64,000 bases of DNA from Candidatus Zixiibacteriota bacterium (GTDB taxonomy: Bacteria; Zixibacteria; MSB-5A5; UBA10806; 4484-95). Positions 48,878 to 59,392 of this stretch are shown here, in pieces. Made by a program: the position numbers and the translations under genes. The stretch spans positions 8,422 through 72,421 of the forward strand of contig JAGGSN010000136.1 of assembly GCA_021159005.1 (NCBI GenBank). The letters are read 5' to 3'. The notes beneath the pieces are model-generated. The model saw only the letters and a list, made by a program, of their open reading frames with translations, did not search any database and was not told the DNA's origin. The first letter of the stretch is position 1. The number at the start of each line of letters is the position of its first letter.

Positions 48878-49585
48878 TTACTTTCCTCCTGAGCAAATAT
48901 AACTTAACATTTGTTTATCTTTCTTTCCTTCCCGCCTGTAAGAATAAAACCAGTTCGGTTTGCATGCTGTACAGGCCTCACAACTAACAACACATTTTAC
49001 CCCAATTTTAGTTAGTTCGTCAATAATAAATCCTCTTAAATCGATAAAGAAACAATCTTTTTTTTGATGGCGATATTTACTGTCGAAAAGCAGGGCAACT
49101 TCCGGCGATACTTCAAAACAGCAAGACTCGATTCCCGGTCCGATTGCCGCTTTTGCCTTAGTCGGATTAAAATTGCCAGCTTGCTCTAAAAAATTGCCGA
49201 TTATTCCGGCAAACGCTCCCCGCCAGCCGACATGAATAAGCCCGCAAGTTCTGCCATCATAAAGAAATACAGGAAAACAATCCGCCGTCTTTATGATGAG
49301 AATATCATCCCTCGAATCGCTATAAACACCATCGGCAGGTTTATCATGATTGCTGTCAGCCTTAATTATAATATTAGTATGTTTTTGATTAAGTTGTATC
49401 AAACGCATATATTTTTGACTGGCGGTATTATCTGATTGGACAATTTTCAAAATAAAATTTTGCAATTCGGCTAATGAAAAACTTTCGTTTCTTGTAATCG
49501 TTCCGCAAGGTATGGTCATAAAACCTGACAGGTCAAGATAATGGATTCCTTCAGGCGAAACTTTGGGGCAAAAATTGTCATTCAT
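48878..49585 (-). CDS. pgeF: peptidoglycan editing factor PgeF (YfiH / laccase-domain protein)
   Basis: CGLIHVGWRG motif, and C..C in the C-terminal region. Confidence 0.8.
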   Translation of the reverse strand: MNDNFCPKVSPEGIHYLDLSGFMTIPCGTITRNESFSLAELQNFILKIVQSDNTASQKYMRLIQLNQKHTNIIIKADSNHDKPADGVYSDSRDDILIIKTADCFPVFLYDGRTCGLIHVGWRGAFAGIIGNFLEQAGNFNPTKAKAAIGPGIESCCFEVSPEVALLFDSKYRHQKKDCFFIDLRGFIIDELTKIGVKCVVSCEACTACKPNWFYSYRREGKKDKQMLSYICSGGK

Positions 49586-51746
49586 CCCGCGCTGTACTCC
49601 GTGTTCTGTGGACAGAAATCACGCCGGTAATCTTTTTAATCTTACTCATTGCCATTCTTAACTTTGCCAGGTTTGAAACCTCTAATAAAAAATAACCCAT
49701 AGTCGGTTTGCTGTCAGCTATATTACCCTCAGCCTTAATCTCTGCACCCCGAACATTAATATCAGTCTCGGCAATAGTATCCGTTATCTCCCTAAGCAGG
49801 TTTTTCCTGTCATAAACCAGCGCTTCAAGCTGGATAAGGAAATTCTGACCTTTTTCGACATCCCACAGCACTTCGATTTTTCTGTCAGTATCGGTGATAG
49901 CAGCAGCATTAGGACAATTGCTGCTGTGAACTGTAATCCCTCGTCCCCGAGTAATAAAACCGATGATATTTTCGCCGGGAAGCGGTTGACAGCATTTGGC
50001 AAAACGGAACATTAAATTATCGGCTCCTTTTATGCTTATACCTTTCGGCTGACGGCGCGTTCTTTCTTTAAGTTTTTCAAAAAACGATATGTCTTTTTCC
50101 GGCTTTTCCGGCTCTATAAGGTTAAGTATAGACTTAAGCGAAATCGCGCCTGCGCTTAGACGCGCCATCATCAGGTCGATATCCGAAAAACCTTTCTCGT
50201 TAGCTGCCTCTAATAATTGCTGATCGGAGGGTGTTTTCATTCGCTCTCGTTTAAGCTCTCTTTCAAACATTTCCCAGCCAAGAGAAACCGCCTGCTGGTA
50301 GCCCTGCTGCTGCAGCCAGTTTTTAATCTTTGATTTAGCCTTTGGTGTCTTAACTATATTTAACCAATCAACCGAGGGATGCTGATGGGATGAGGTAATT
50401 ATTTCCACCTCATCGCCGGAATGCAGGGACGTAATTAAAGGAACCAGTTTGCCGTTGACCTTAGCGCCGGTGCAATGAAAACCGACATCAGTATGTATTG
50501 CAAATGCATAATCAAGAGGCGTCGCTTCTTTCTGCAAATGAATCAACTCCCCGATTGGCGTATAAACGAAAATATCATCTTTGAATAAATCAATTTTGAA
50601 GTATTCTAAAAACTCATCGGGGTCGGTTAGTTCCTTTTGCCATTCGAGTAATTCACGCACCCATGTTAGCCGCTTATCCGATTCATCATAAGTGCGTTTT
50701 CCTTCCTTATACAGCCAATGAGCGGCGATTCCGTTTTCGGCTCGGTAATGCATGCTTTGGGTACGGATTTGAATCTCGACCATCTTGCCGCGGGGGCCAA
50801 CAACAGTTGTATGAAGCGACTGATACATATTAGATTTTGGGTTGCCGATATAATCATCAAAACGTTCAGCCACCGGTTTCCATAGGGTGTGAACTATTCC
50901 CAAGGTATGGTAGCAATCCTGCTCTGTTTCGACAATCGCCCTGATAGCGAATAAATCATAGATTTGCCTGAATCCCACCTGGCGATTTTTCATTTTACGC
51001 CATATCGAATATAGATGTTTGGCTCTGCCTGATATTTCAGCAGCTATATTGTCTTTTTCAATAGCTTTACGAAGTGGGCTAACAACCTCGTTAATATACT
51101 GCTCTCTTTCCTCCTGGCTTTGTTTTACTTTATGCTCTAAAGAAGTATATTCATCAGGATACAGAACCTTGAAAGAGAGGTCTTCAAGCTCGTATTTGAT
51201 TTTGCCCATGCCAAGCCGATGAGCCAGCGGCGCGTAGATTTCTTTTGTTTCCAAGGCTACACGCTCTTTTTTATAATCTGACAAAGGGGCAATTGTTCGC
51301 ATATTATGAAGTCGGTCAGCAAGTTTGATTATTATCACCCTGATGTCCTCAGACATCGATAAAAGCATTTTGCGAAAATACTCGACCTGTTTGGCGGTTG
51401 TGGATTTATATTTTAATCCGTAAAGTTTTGTCAAACCTTTAACTAAATGCGCTATTTCCGGTCCGAATTCCTTCTCGACTTGTTCTATCGTTGTCGGCGT
51501 ATCCTCAACAACATCATGTATTAAGCCGGCGGCTATGGTTGTTGAATCCATATGCTGTTCAGCTAAGATAAAGGCGGTCTCAAGACAATGCTCGATGTAA
51601 TGGTCTCCTGATTCACGAAACTGACCGTCATGAGCCTTGTCGGAAAACTCGTAGGCTTTACGTATCAACGGGATGTCGATATTGGCGTTAAATGCTTCTA
51701 TATAGATAATAAACTGAGCCAGATTCATTTTTGTTTTTACAGCCAT
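49578..51746 (-). CDS. bifunctional (p)ppGpp synthetase/hydrolase, RelA/SpoT family
   Basis: HD hydrolase domain (HDVVEDT), RelA_SpoT synthetase domain, and TGS and ACT domains. Length 722 aa. Confidence 0.9.
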   Translation of the reverse strand: MAVKTKMNLAQFIIYIEAFNANIDIPLIRKAYEFSDKAHDGQFRESGDHYIEHCLETAFILAEQHMDSTTIAAGLIHDVVEDTPTTIEQVEKEFGPEIAHLVKGLTKLYGLKYKSTTAKQVEYFRKMLLSMSEDIRVIIIKLADRLHNMRTIAPLSDYKKERVALETKEIYAPLAHRLGMGKIKYELEDLSFKVLYPDEYTSLEHKVKQSQEEREQYINEVVSPLRKAIEKDNIAAEISGRAKHLYSIWRKMKNRQVGFRQIYDLFAIRAIVETEQDCYHTLGIVHTLWKPVAERFDDYIGNPKSNMYQSLHTTVVGPRGKMVEIQIRTQSMHYRAENGIAAHWLYKEGKRTYDESDKRLTWVRELLEWQKELTDPDEFLEYFKIDLFKDDIFVYTPIGELIHLQKEATPLDYAFAIHTDVGFHCTGAKVNGKLVPLITSLHSGDEVEIITSSHQHPSVDWLNIVKTPKAKSKIKNWLQQQGYQQAVSLGWEMFERELKRERMKTPSDQQLLEAANEKGFSDIDLMMARLSAGAISLKSILNLIEPEKPEKDISFFEKLKERTRRQPKGISIKGADNLMFRFAKCCQPLPGENIIGFITRGRGITVHSSNCPNAAAITDTDRKIEVLWDVEKGQNFLIQLEALVYDRKNLLREITDTIAETDINVRGAEIKAEGNIADSKPTMGYFLLEVSNLAKLRMAMSKIKKITGVISVHRTRSTARDE

Positions 51747-51909
51747 TTTTCCGCTAATACCCTTATATTGTTAAATGTTCGTTTTGCTCAAATCTCAATG
51801 TTCATTTATTTAAAATAACAAAGTGCTCTATTTACTAAATTTAACAATTTGTTATATTAATATGTTTCGGAAATTTATTGACAAGGTGATACCTTCATTT
51901 CAAAATCGG

Positions 51910-53046
51910 TTAAAGTACCGACATCCCTAAAAGCGTCCAAAAATACATTGATACAATTTGGTCGCTTAGCGGGTTGTCTAATAATCCTACTATTACCATG
52001 CAGATTAAAAGCAGCAGTATCCCAAGTTGAAATACTTTTTGCTCATCGTTTTTAGCTTTCTTGTATCGTGCAAACGAATAACGAGTTTGATTAATTAGTA
52101 TCCAGAGCAATATCAGAAGAGCAAAAGGGCCGCCATCAAAAAGATATTCAATATACATATTATGCCAGGATGGCATTGATTTGGGAAGTCTCGGTTCAGA
52201 TTCAAGATCAACGACTCTGGGGAAGCTGTTTATGCCGTATCCGAAAAATCCGACATCATCGATTTTTGCCATACTATGCTCAAAAAGAACATCACGGTAA
52301 GAATAGAACTGCTTTTTATTCGAGAAATCAAGCCTCTCCTGAATTTTATCAAGCGTTCCGGGCATAAATGAATAGACAATTGGAATTAGCAGAATTATTG
52401 GCACCAGCAGTTTTCTGTCCTTGAAAATCCCCAGCAAAAAGATATAAATGGCAACCACTATATAAACAGATCTGGTCATTGTTAAGACAACACAGGCAAA
52501 TATGGGAACTGATACCAATCCATAGAATAATTTTTCAGCAAATTTCTTTAAATGAATAAAATATGAAAGCGTAAATCCCAGCGTAATAGTCAGGAAAAAC
52601 GATAAGGTATTTACTCCCGAGATGATAGAAGACGCTCTGCCGGTTATGTCCAGCAAATAGCGTATGATGCCAATTCCCGAAACAAGAACTGCTCCGGTAA
52701 TAAACAGCCAGACAACCTTGCTGCGTCTTTCTATTGTAACTACAATCGTCGGCACGATAAAATATATCAATGGAAAAGATAACTGCTCGAAAGCCGCTCC
52801 AAATTTACCCTCATAACCGGAAACCAAAAGCACTATGGTTTTATATGCAATCAGAGCTGCTATTGGCCAGAACAGCGGGTAGTCAAGCCATTCCAAGCGG
52901 CGATAAGCCACTGTTTGAGCTATCCATATTAACAGGATTAAGGTAATTAAAGTTGCCGCTAAGGCGTTGGATATCATTAGAGCAAAAGCAAATATCAACA
53001 ACATGTAATAGGCGATATTATTTAAGTATGGGTTGATTTTTTCCAT
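51910..53046 (-). CDS. O-antigen ligase / O-antigen polymerase family membrane protein
   Basis: About ten transmembrane helices with a Wzy_C-like loop. Confidence 0.6.
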   Translation of the reverse strand: MEKINPYLNNIAYYMLLIFAFALMISNALAATLITLILLIWIAQTVAYRRLEWLDYPLFWPIAALIAYKTIVLLVSGYEGKFGAAFEQLSFPLIYFIVPTIVVTIERRSKVVWLFITGAVLVSGIGIIRYLLDITGRASSIISGVNTLSFFLTITLGFTLSYFIHLKKFAEKLFYGLVSVPIFACVVLTMTRSVYIVVAIYIFLLGIFKDRKLLVPIILLIPIVYSFMPGTLDKIQERLDFSNKKQFYSYRDVLFEHSMAKIDDVGFFGYGINSFPRVVDLESEPRLPKSMPSWHNMYIEYLFDGGPFALLILLWILINQTRYSFARYKKAKNDEQKVFQLGILLLLICMVIVGLLDNPLSDQIVSMYFWTLLGMSVL

Positions 53047-53125
53047 CTGTATTCTCCATTATAACCCGAACGCTGTTATTTTTATTTGCATGCTTATTTA
53101 TATAACAAGAACGCTGTTGATGCAA

Positions 53126-54958
53126 TCATTCTATTATAGAAAACTGCATATCATAAAGCCTCTTATATAATCCATTGTTTTCTATCAGGCTGGTATGAGC
53201 GCCTCTCTCGATAATTTTACCCTTATCAATGACTAATATCTTATCGGCATTGCGAATCGTGGAAAGACGATGAGCTACCACTATAACGGTTCTGCCCGCC
53301 AGAAGGTTATCAATAGCTTTCTGTATTAATAGTTCGGATTCGGTATCTAACGATGAGGTGGCTTCATCGAAAATGAGGATGGGCGGGTCTTTAAACAATG
53401 CTCTGGCAATTGACAGCCGCTGTCTCTGTCCGCCGGAAAGCTTTACTCCTCGGTCGCCTATAATTGTGTTGTAGCCCTCCGGCAATTGTTCAATAAAATC
53501 ATCCGCAAAAGCCGCCCTGGCAACTTCCTTTATCCTTGCTATTGAGGTATCATTTTGTCCGTAGGCGATATTATTCGCAACCGTATCATTAAACAGGATT
53601 ATCTCCTGAGTAACAATCCCCATCATTGACCTTAATGAATCGATAGTAATATCGCGAATATCAATATCATCAATTGCGATTTTTCCGCCCTTTATATCAT
53701 AGAACCGCGGCAGAAGGTCAACTAATGTGGACTTGCCGCCTCCTGATGGTCCCACCAATGCCAATATCTCGCCTTTTTTTAGTTCTATGTTGATATTATT
53801 TAAGGCAAAATCCCCAACTCCGTAATCATAATAAACATTTTCGTATTTAATCGAATGCTTCAAACCGGGATGATTAATAGCATTTGTTTTTTCAGTTATT
53901 AATTCGGGTGTGTCTATAACCTCGAATATCCGCCGTGCCGCGGCTAAACCCTGTTGAATATCAATGTTGACCTGGCTCAACTTCTTAACAGGATCCATCA
54001 TGGAAAAAACCGCCAGTAAAAACAGTATAAAAGTGCTGGTTGTCAAGCCGCCACCGGCTAATATCTGCTTGCCGCCATACCATAATATCAGGGCGCCGGC
54101 GGTAACGCCCAGAATTTCGGTCAATGGCACGCTAAGCGAACCAATTCGGGTAAGTTTGACCATGGTTCTGAAATAATGATTGGCAAATTTCATGAACTTA
54201 GCCAACTCAAATTTCTCCATCCCGAACGCCTTAACCACTCTTATGCCCGAAACTGTTTCCTGAAGGACTGCTGTAATCGAAGCCATCTTTTGCTGGGTTA
54301 TCGCCGAATTCACCCTCAGCCTTCTGCTTAGAAGGCTAATAAGCAGGACAGCCGGCGGTAAAATAAGAAGACTTGCTAATGCCATTCTCCATGAGGCCAA
54401 AAGAGCCAAAGCTAAAAAGAAAAGGAAATTGAAAGCGTTTTTCCCGAGCTTGGAAAGACCATCCCCAACTGCGCCTCTAACCAGTAAAACATCATTGGAG
54501 ATGCGCGAAATCAGTTCGCCGGATTTAACCCCATGAAAATACGACAACGGCAGCGAATGATATTTGCGGTAAAGATCATTGCGAATATCTCTAATAACAC
54601 CCTGTTCGGAACGGACTATCAGAAAGCTCTGGCAATACCAGAAAAAGTTTTTTACCAGAAAGACAAATGCCAGCAAGAAACATACTCTGGCTAATTTATC
54701 CTCACGGGTTTTGCCGCCGATTATTGTCAGCACTGCTTTTTTATCGAAATTCCGCAGTTCCCCCAAGGTAGGTTTGTAATCATCGGTGATATTATCAAAA
54801 TAATCATCGGTTGATTCGAAAATAAGCTGGGTTATTGGCACTATTGTAGTAAGCGATATGCCGCCCGATAATGAAAACAGGAACATAAATATAAACGCCG
54901 GTATAAAAAAGGGCAGATGTGGTTTAAGATATCTCAATAAACGCCAATAAAGCTTCAT
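53126..54958 (-). CDS. msbA: ABC exporter with fused permease and ATPase (MsbA-like lipid A flippase)
   Basis: Six transmembrane helices followed by a nucleotide-binding domain with GPSGGGKST, LSGGQRQRLSIARAL and ILIFDEATSSLD. Confidence 0.8.
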   Translation of the reverse strand: MKLYWRLLRYLKPHLPFFIPAFIFMFLFSLSGGISLTTIVPITQLIFESTDDYFDNITDDYKPTLGELRNFDKKAVLTIIGGKTREDKLARVCFLLAFVFLVKNFFWYCQSFLIVRSEQGVIRDIRNDLYRKYHSLPLSYFHGVKSGELISRISNDVLLVRGAVGDGLSKLGKNAFNFLFFLALALLASWRMALASLLILPPAVLLISLLSRRLRVNSAITQQKMASITAVLQETVSGIRVVKAFGMEKFELAKFMKFANHYFRTMVKLTRIGSLSVPLTEILGVTAGALILWYGGKQILAGGGLTTSTFILFLLAVFSMMDPVKKLSQVNIDIQQGLAAARRIFEVIDTPELITEKTNAINHPGLKHSIKYENVYYDYGVGDFALNNINIELKKGEILALVGPSGGGKSTLVDLLPRFYDIKGGKIAIDDIDIRDITIDSLRSMMGIVTQEIILFNDTVANNIAYGQNDTSIARIKEVARAAFADDFIEQLPEGYNTIIGDRGVKLSGGQRQRLSIARALFKDPPILIFDEATSSLDTESELLIQKAIDNLLAGRTVIVVAHRLSTIRNADKILVIDKGKIIERGAHTSLIENNGLYKRLYDMQFSIIE

Positions 54959-55236
54959 TAATTATTCTCCTAATACTTAAAGCGAACTACATTTTGCTAA
55001 TGATTTAAAGTCCGCTAATTCATATTCTAATGTAAATCGTATGGCAATATAATGTCAATTGAAAAACGTCGGGAGTTCCCTTAAATATTATGATAAAGTT
55101 AAAATTCCATGTTAACAGGAATATTTTGTAGTTGGCGTCGCAGTAGGCGGCATCCGGCAGTTGCCGGACCCGCAATGATTAAAATAATAAGGATTTAAAA
55201 CATTTCCTGAAGTGTAAACTGATGCTTCATTTACAT

Positions 55237-56394
55237 CTATCGTTTTACTTTAAGGTTTAGCTCAAGAAAATTCGGGGATTTTGACCGAACTTCGACCTTG
55301 AATGTTTGTAATCCTTTAACAGATATTTCATCGGCTAAAATGCTGCCATTTTTAATTGAAACAATATCATAAGCGGCTGTATTGCCGGAGTATGTTCGCC
55401 GCTCAATAGATTTTATTCCATCAATTCCCTTTTCAAATTCTCTGTGAAACTGAACTAAGTCTTCGATTGATTTTAAACCGTTGACAAGAAGAGTTATATT
55501 TTGAAAAGCTTCCTTAGGTTCATGCTTGGACAAATTCAAGTGCGGGATTAGCTTTAGGGCGGCTTCCTCAGCGGCTTTAGCAATTGCCATATTGCCGCCG
55601 GCAAGAGCATCCGAATATATTAATTCAACGTTTCCTGAACTACTGGCGATTTGCTTGCCGTCAGTTGTTTGAATTGCCTTAAGATTCACCGATGCCTGTA
55701 TAGATATATTCTCCTCGCTATTATTAGCAGTCCTCGATATTGCCTTACCGGTGATAATCATATCCGTACTATATTTATTGGCTATTTCAATCATTGTTTT
55801 TTTATCATCGATATAAAAAGCTCTTTCCTCGTCCGGAGTCATATTCTGTATTAAGATTGATTGATCTGTGAACCTGAATCTATTTGCACCCATCAATTTA
55901 CCTATGGTAATCTCAGTTTGATTTGGGATTTTTCGCTGGAAATGCCAGTAAACATCATCGATATTTTTTTCCTGAATAAATATCAGCACTTTCGGCATAA
56001 TATCATCTCGTTTTATGAGACCGAGGTCAATTAGATTTTTCTGAAATTTACTCTCATCTATTGAAACTGAAGCGGTAACCTCATACGTATCTAATTTATA
56101 TTTATTTAATCCCTCATCGACAACTTCTATATTTTTGATATACCCGCTTGCTTTGGATAGTATTTCCCTTTCAATCAGCTTAGAATTTTTATTTAAAGCT
56201 TGATCAGACACATAATCTTTAACACCCTTGGCAACAGCATTTTTTATTGCATTATCGAAAGCCTCGCTGCGCGCCCCGATAGTATCCGCCTTTTGGATAG
56301 TACCCTTGCCGGTTATTTTAATATCCAGATATTCACCGAAAGCATAAAAGGATATAATCAATATCAGAATTAATACAAGACCCGCATACTTCAT
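55237..56394 (-). CDS. secreted hypothetical protein
   Basis: Signal peptide MKYAGLVLILILIISFYAFG. No motif that I can recognise. A CCGGCA..TGCCGG hairpin lies near 55150-55175, downstream on the minus strand. Confidence 0.5.
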   Translation of the reverse strand: MKYAGLVLILILIISFYAFGEYLDIKITGKGTIQKADTIGARSEAFDNAIKNAVAKGVKDYVSDQALNKNSKLIEREILSKASGYIKNIEVVDEGLNKYKLDTYEVTASVSIDESKFQKNLIDLGLIKRDDIMPKVLIFIQEKNIDDVYWHFQRKIPNQTEITIGKLMGANRFRFTDQSILIQNMTPDEERAFYIDDKKTMIEIANKYSTDMIITGKAISRTANNSEENISIQASVNLKAIQTTDGKQIASSSGNVELIYSDALAGGNMAIAKAAEEAALKLIPHLNLSKHEPKEAFQNITLLVNGLKSIEDLVQFHREFEKGIDGIKSIERRTYSGNTAAYDIVSIKNGSILADEISVKGLQTFKVEVRSKSPNFLELNLKVKR

Positions 56395-56810
56395 TCAACA
56401 CCTCTCAATAAACAAGAAATACTACCTTGCTATGGTTTGAAATATTAATATTTTGCTCGGAGGCGAATGGTTTTAGTATATCCATATCATTTATGACAAC
56501 ATCGCAATAATATTCTCCGAATGCTTTTTTACCTTTAATTATCAAGGGATTATCACCAACAATGACAATTTTTCAATAATTGTTATAATCATCGTTATCT
56601 CATATTCCTATATAAGTGTATCGTCATGAAAGATGTTAACTTAAATGGATATTTCAGATATGAAAAGTTTTGCTTATGACTTTGTTTAGCAGACTTTCGC
56701 AAGTTAATCAACAATTTGTGTCTGGAAAGCACTGCCATACTATTAACAAAATAATATCTTAGTGTTTTGGTGATATATACCGCCGCGCTTAGTGGCGTAT
56801 TGCAATTATT

Positions 56811-56845
56811 CCCCTCTTGAGAAGAGGGGATAGGGTTGTGTTTTT
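56811..56845 (+). terminator. canonical intrinsic terminator (CCCCTCTT-gag-AAGAGGGG followed by TTGTGTTTTT) with no annotated plus-strand gene upstream
   Basis: An 8-bp GC-rich stem followed by a U-tract. It is an orphan terminator, which suggests an unannotated small RNA or peptide in 56400-56810. Confidence 0.5.
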
Positions 56846-56889
56846 AATATTGACATAACTATAATAAATAACGTATCTTAGTTTTGTAT

Positions 56890-56961
56890 GCGGGTGTAAT
56901 TCAGCGGTAGAATGTCAGCTTCCCAAGCTGGACGTCGTGGGTTCGACCCCCATCACCCGCT
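56890..56961 (+). tRNA. tRNA-Gly (anticodon CCC); no encoded CCA
   Basis: Acceptor stem GCGGGTG/CACCCGC, D-arm ATTCAGCGGTAGAAT, anticodon stem-loop TCAGC/TTCCCAA/GCTGG, T-arm GGGTTCGACCCCC. Confidence 0.85.
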
Positions 56962-57384
56962 GTGGGTTGTATAATAACAACTTACAGAACGGCGCTAAAG
57001 TCAAAAACAGGTAAGGCTGATGCTCAGTTAGCATATCTACAATATACAATCGACTCAAAATTATGCAAGCTTAAATGTGAATTACTTTGATTTTAATCAG
57101 ATATTTTAAAATGATTATGAAATCTCTGCTTAGTCAAAGATGATTATTATTGAAAAAGCACAATTGTTTTGCTGAAACTTGCTTTTAAAAGCTCATTTGA
57201 ACTGCCTACGGTGCGTTCTGAAAGGACTCAGTTGGTTTTTAGTAAAGTTTGACTTCATGTGTTTTTACTTCAAGCTAATAATGCCAGACACCACATAGGG
57301 GGACGATAACCAAGATCAGTTAGAGTATTAGAAATAAGAGCTTGTATTCTTGCTATAAAATTTAAGATCAATGATAAGAATTAA

Positions 57385-57852
57385 CTAATTAATAGGTCTA
57401 TAAATAAGTATATCAGTTCCTTGCATTCTTTCTATCGTAGCTCTAACGTCTTCTATTTCGATTGTTTTTATTAATGATTTTGAAAAGGCTTTGTATTCGC
57501 CATTAGCTTTTTCATGTATTATATACATATGCCAATTTGATCCTTGCTGTAGCGATACAATGACCATTCCGCCTGAATCTAATTCGTTATCTATAGTTTC
57601 AAATAGCGAATCAATCGGAAAATCAGAATTTCTTGGATTACTAAACTTTAAGTCGAATTTTAATCCTTGTAAAGTTCTCCCGTTAAAACTATTAAAACTC
57701 CCTTTTTTATTATTACGCCATTCATTTTGCAATTGATAATCATTGATCTGCATTTTTCCTAATAGTTTTAAAATCATTTCCACAGAAGATGGAATACAAG
57801 AGTATTCATCAATCTGCCTGTGAATATCAATTATTGTTTTATCGTATGCCAT
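57385..57852 (-). CDS. hypothetical 155-aa protein encoded immediately downstream of hsdM (possible Cys/His papain-like fold)
   Basis: AT-rich codon usage like the restriction-modification genes. DEYSCIPSSVEMILK and NWHMYIIHE could supply a Cys...His pair, but the family is not recognised. Confidence 0.45.
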   Translation of the reverse strand: MAYDKTIIDIHRQIDEYSCIPSSVEMILKLLGKMQINDYQLQNEWRNNKKGSFNSFNGRTLQGLKFDLKFSNPRNSDFPIDSLFETIDNELDSGGMVIVSLQQGSNWHMYIIHEKANGEYKAFSKSLIKTIEIEDVRATIERMQGTDILIYRPIN

Positions 57853-57923
57853 GAAATTCCTTTCGTTTAGTAATAGGCTGGGTTACTAATTGCATGAAAG
57901 CATTTTATATTATCTCTAAAATT

Positions 57924-59387
57924 TCATTTCTCTGCTAAATCCTCATAGATACTTGAAAACTGCTCTAAGGCGGCTTTAAGGTTTTCGGTTATTTCCTGAG
58001 CTATGACTTTCGGTTCGGGTAGGTTGTCGGTGTCCTCAAGGCTTTCATCTTTTAGCCAGAATATATCAAGGCTTACTTTGTCGCGCTTGATAAGCTCATC
58101 ATAAGTGAAAGATTTAAACCTGTCGGTTTCTTTTCTATCATGACGATTATCAGCATTATAACATTTAATGAAATCCTGTAAATCCTCATAGCTTAGGGGG
58201 CTTGTTTTCAATGTAAAATGCTTATTGGTTCTTAAATCATAAATCCAGAGCTTTTCTGTCCAGGGCTTTTCGCTGGCTGGTTTTTTATCGAAAAACAATA
58301 CGTTGGCTTTTACACCCTGCGCATAAAACAGACCGGTAGGCAAACGCAGCAAAGTATGCACATCAAAAGCCGCCAGCATTTTCTTTCTTACAGTTTCACC
58401 TGCGCCGCCTTCAAATAGAACATTATCGGGCACAACTATTGCCGCTTTGCCCTTTATATCAAGGATAGATTTCACATGCTGAAGGAAATTAAGCTGTTTA
58501 TTCGAGGTTGTTGCCCAGAAATCTTCACGCTCGTAGGTCAGAGATTGTTTATTAGCTTTGCCATTGTGGTTAGTAATGGTAATACTGCTTTTTTTGCCAA
58601 AGGGCGGATTAGTTAAGACCATATCATATTCAATAGCTGGTTTAGACAAAAGCGAATCATCGGTTTCAATAGGAACGCCGTTTCCGCCAATGCCATGAAG
58701 GTATAAATTCATTAAGCAAAGCCGAACAACTCCATCGACAATATCACTACCGCTTAAGGCCTTATTTCTTAAAAACGTCAATTGCTTTTTATCAAGTTTA
58801 TAGTTGCTGGAACTGGTTAAGTATTCATAAACTGCCAGAAGGAAACCGCCGGTACCGCAGGCGGGGTCATGGATTGTCTGGCCAGGTTTGGGTTTCATTA
58901 CCGCAACCATTGCCTTTATTAATGGTCTTGGAGTAAAATACTGGCCGGCGCCGCTTTTTATATCCTGAGCATTTTTCTCTAATAGCCCCTCATATAGTTC
59001 GCCCTTAACATCAGTAGTTAAACCGAACCAGTCTTCTTCATTTATAAGCATTATAAGTCTTTTAAGCTTGGCGGGGTCTTGAATCTTATTCTGGGATTTT
59101 CTGAATATAGCGCCCAGCATACCGGATTCTTTAGCAAGAGCTTCCAGTAAGCGGCGGTAGTGAGTTTCCAATTTATCACCATCTAATTTTTGCAGGCTTT
59201 GCCAATTATATTTTTTAGGAATATTTGATTTCTTATTATATGGCTTTTTGGTTTGCTCATCAGCCATTTTTAAAAAGAGCAGGTAGGTTAGTTGCTCAAC
59301 ATAATCACCGTAGCCTAAACCATCATCGCGCAATACTTGGCAATAGTTCCAAAGCTTCTGAACGATATTTGATGAGTCTTTTGACAT
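57924..59387 (-). CDS. hsdM: type I restriction-modification DNA methyltransferase subunit
   Basis: HsdM N-terminal domain, the N6-adenine methyltransferase motif LTNPPFGKK, and the AdoMet motif DPACGTGGFL. Confidence 0.9.
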   Translation of the reverse strand: MSKDSSNIVQKLWNYCQVLRDDGLGYGDYVEQLTYLLFLKMADEQTKKPYNKKSNIPKKYNWQSLQKLDGDKLETHYRRLLEALAKESGMLGAIFRKSQNKIQDPAKLKRLIMLINEEDWFGLTTDVKGELYEGLLEKNAQDIKSGAGQYFTPRPLIKAMVAVMKPKPGQTIHDPACGTGGFLLAVYEYLTSSSNYKLDKKQLTFLRNKALSGSDIVDGVVRLCLMNLYLHGIGGNGVPIETDDSLLSKPAIEYDMVLTNPPFGKKSSITITNHNGKANKQSLTYEREDFWATTSNKQLNFLQHVKSILDIKGKAAIVVPDNVLFEGGAGETVRKKMLAAFDVHTLLRLPTGLFYAQGVKANVLFFDKKPASEKPWTEKLWIYDLRTNKHFTLKTSPLSYEDLQDFIKCYNADNRHDRKETDRFKSFTYDELIKRDKVSLDIFWLKDESLEDTDNLPEPKVIAQEITENLKAALEQFSSIYEDLAEK

Positions 59388-59392
59388 TAATA

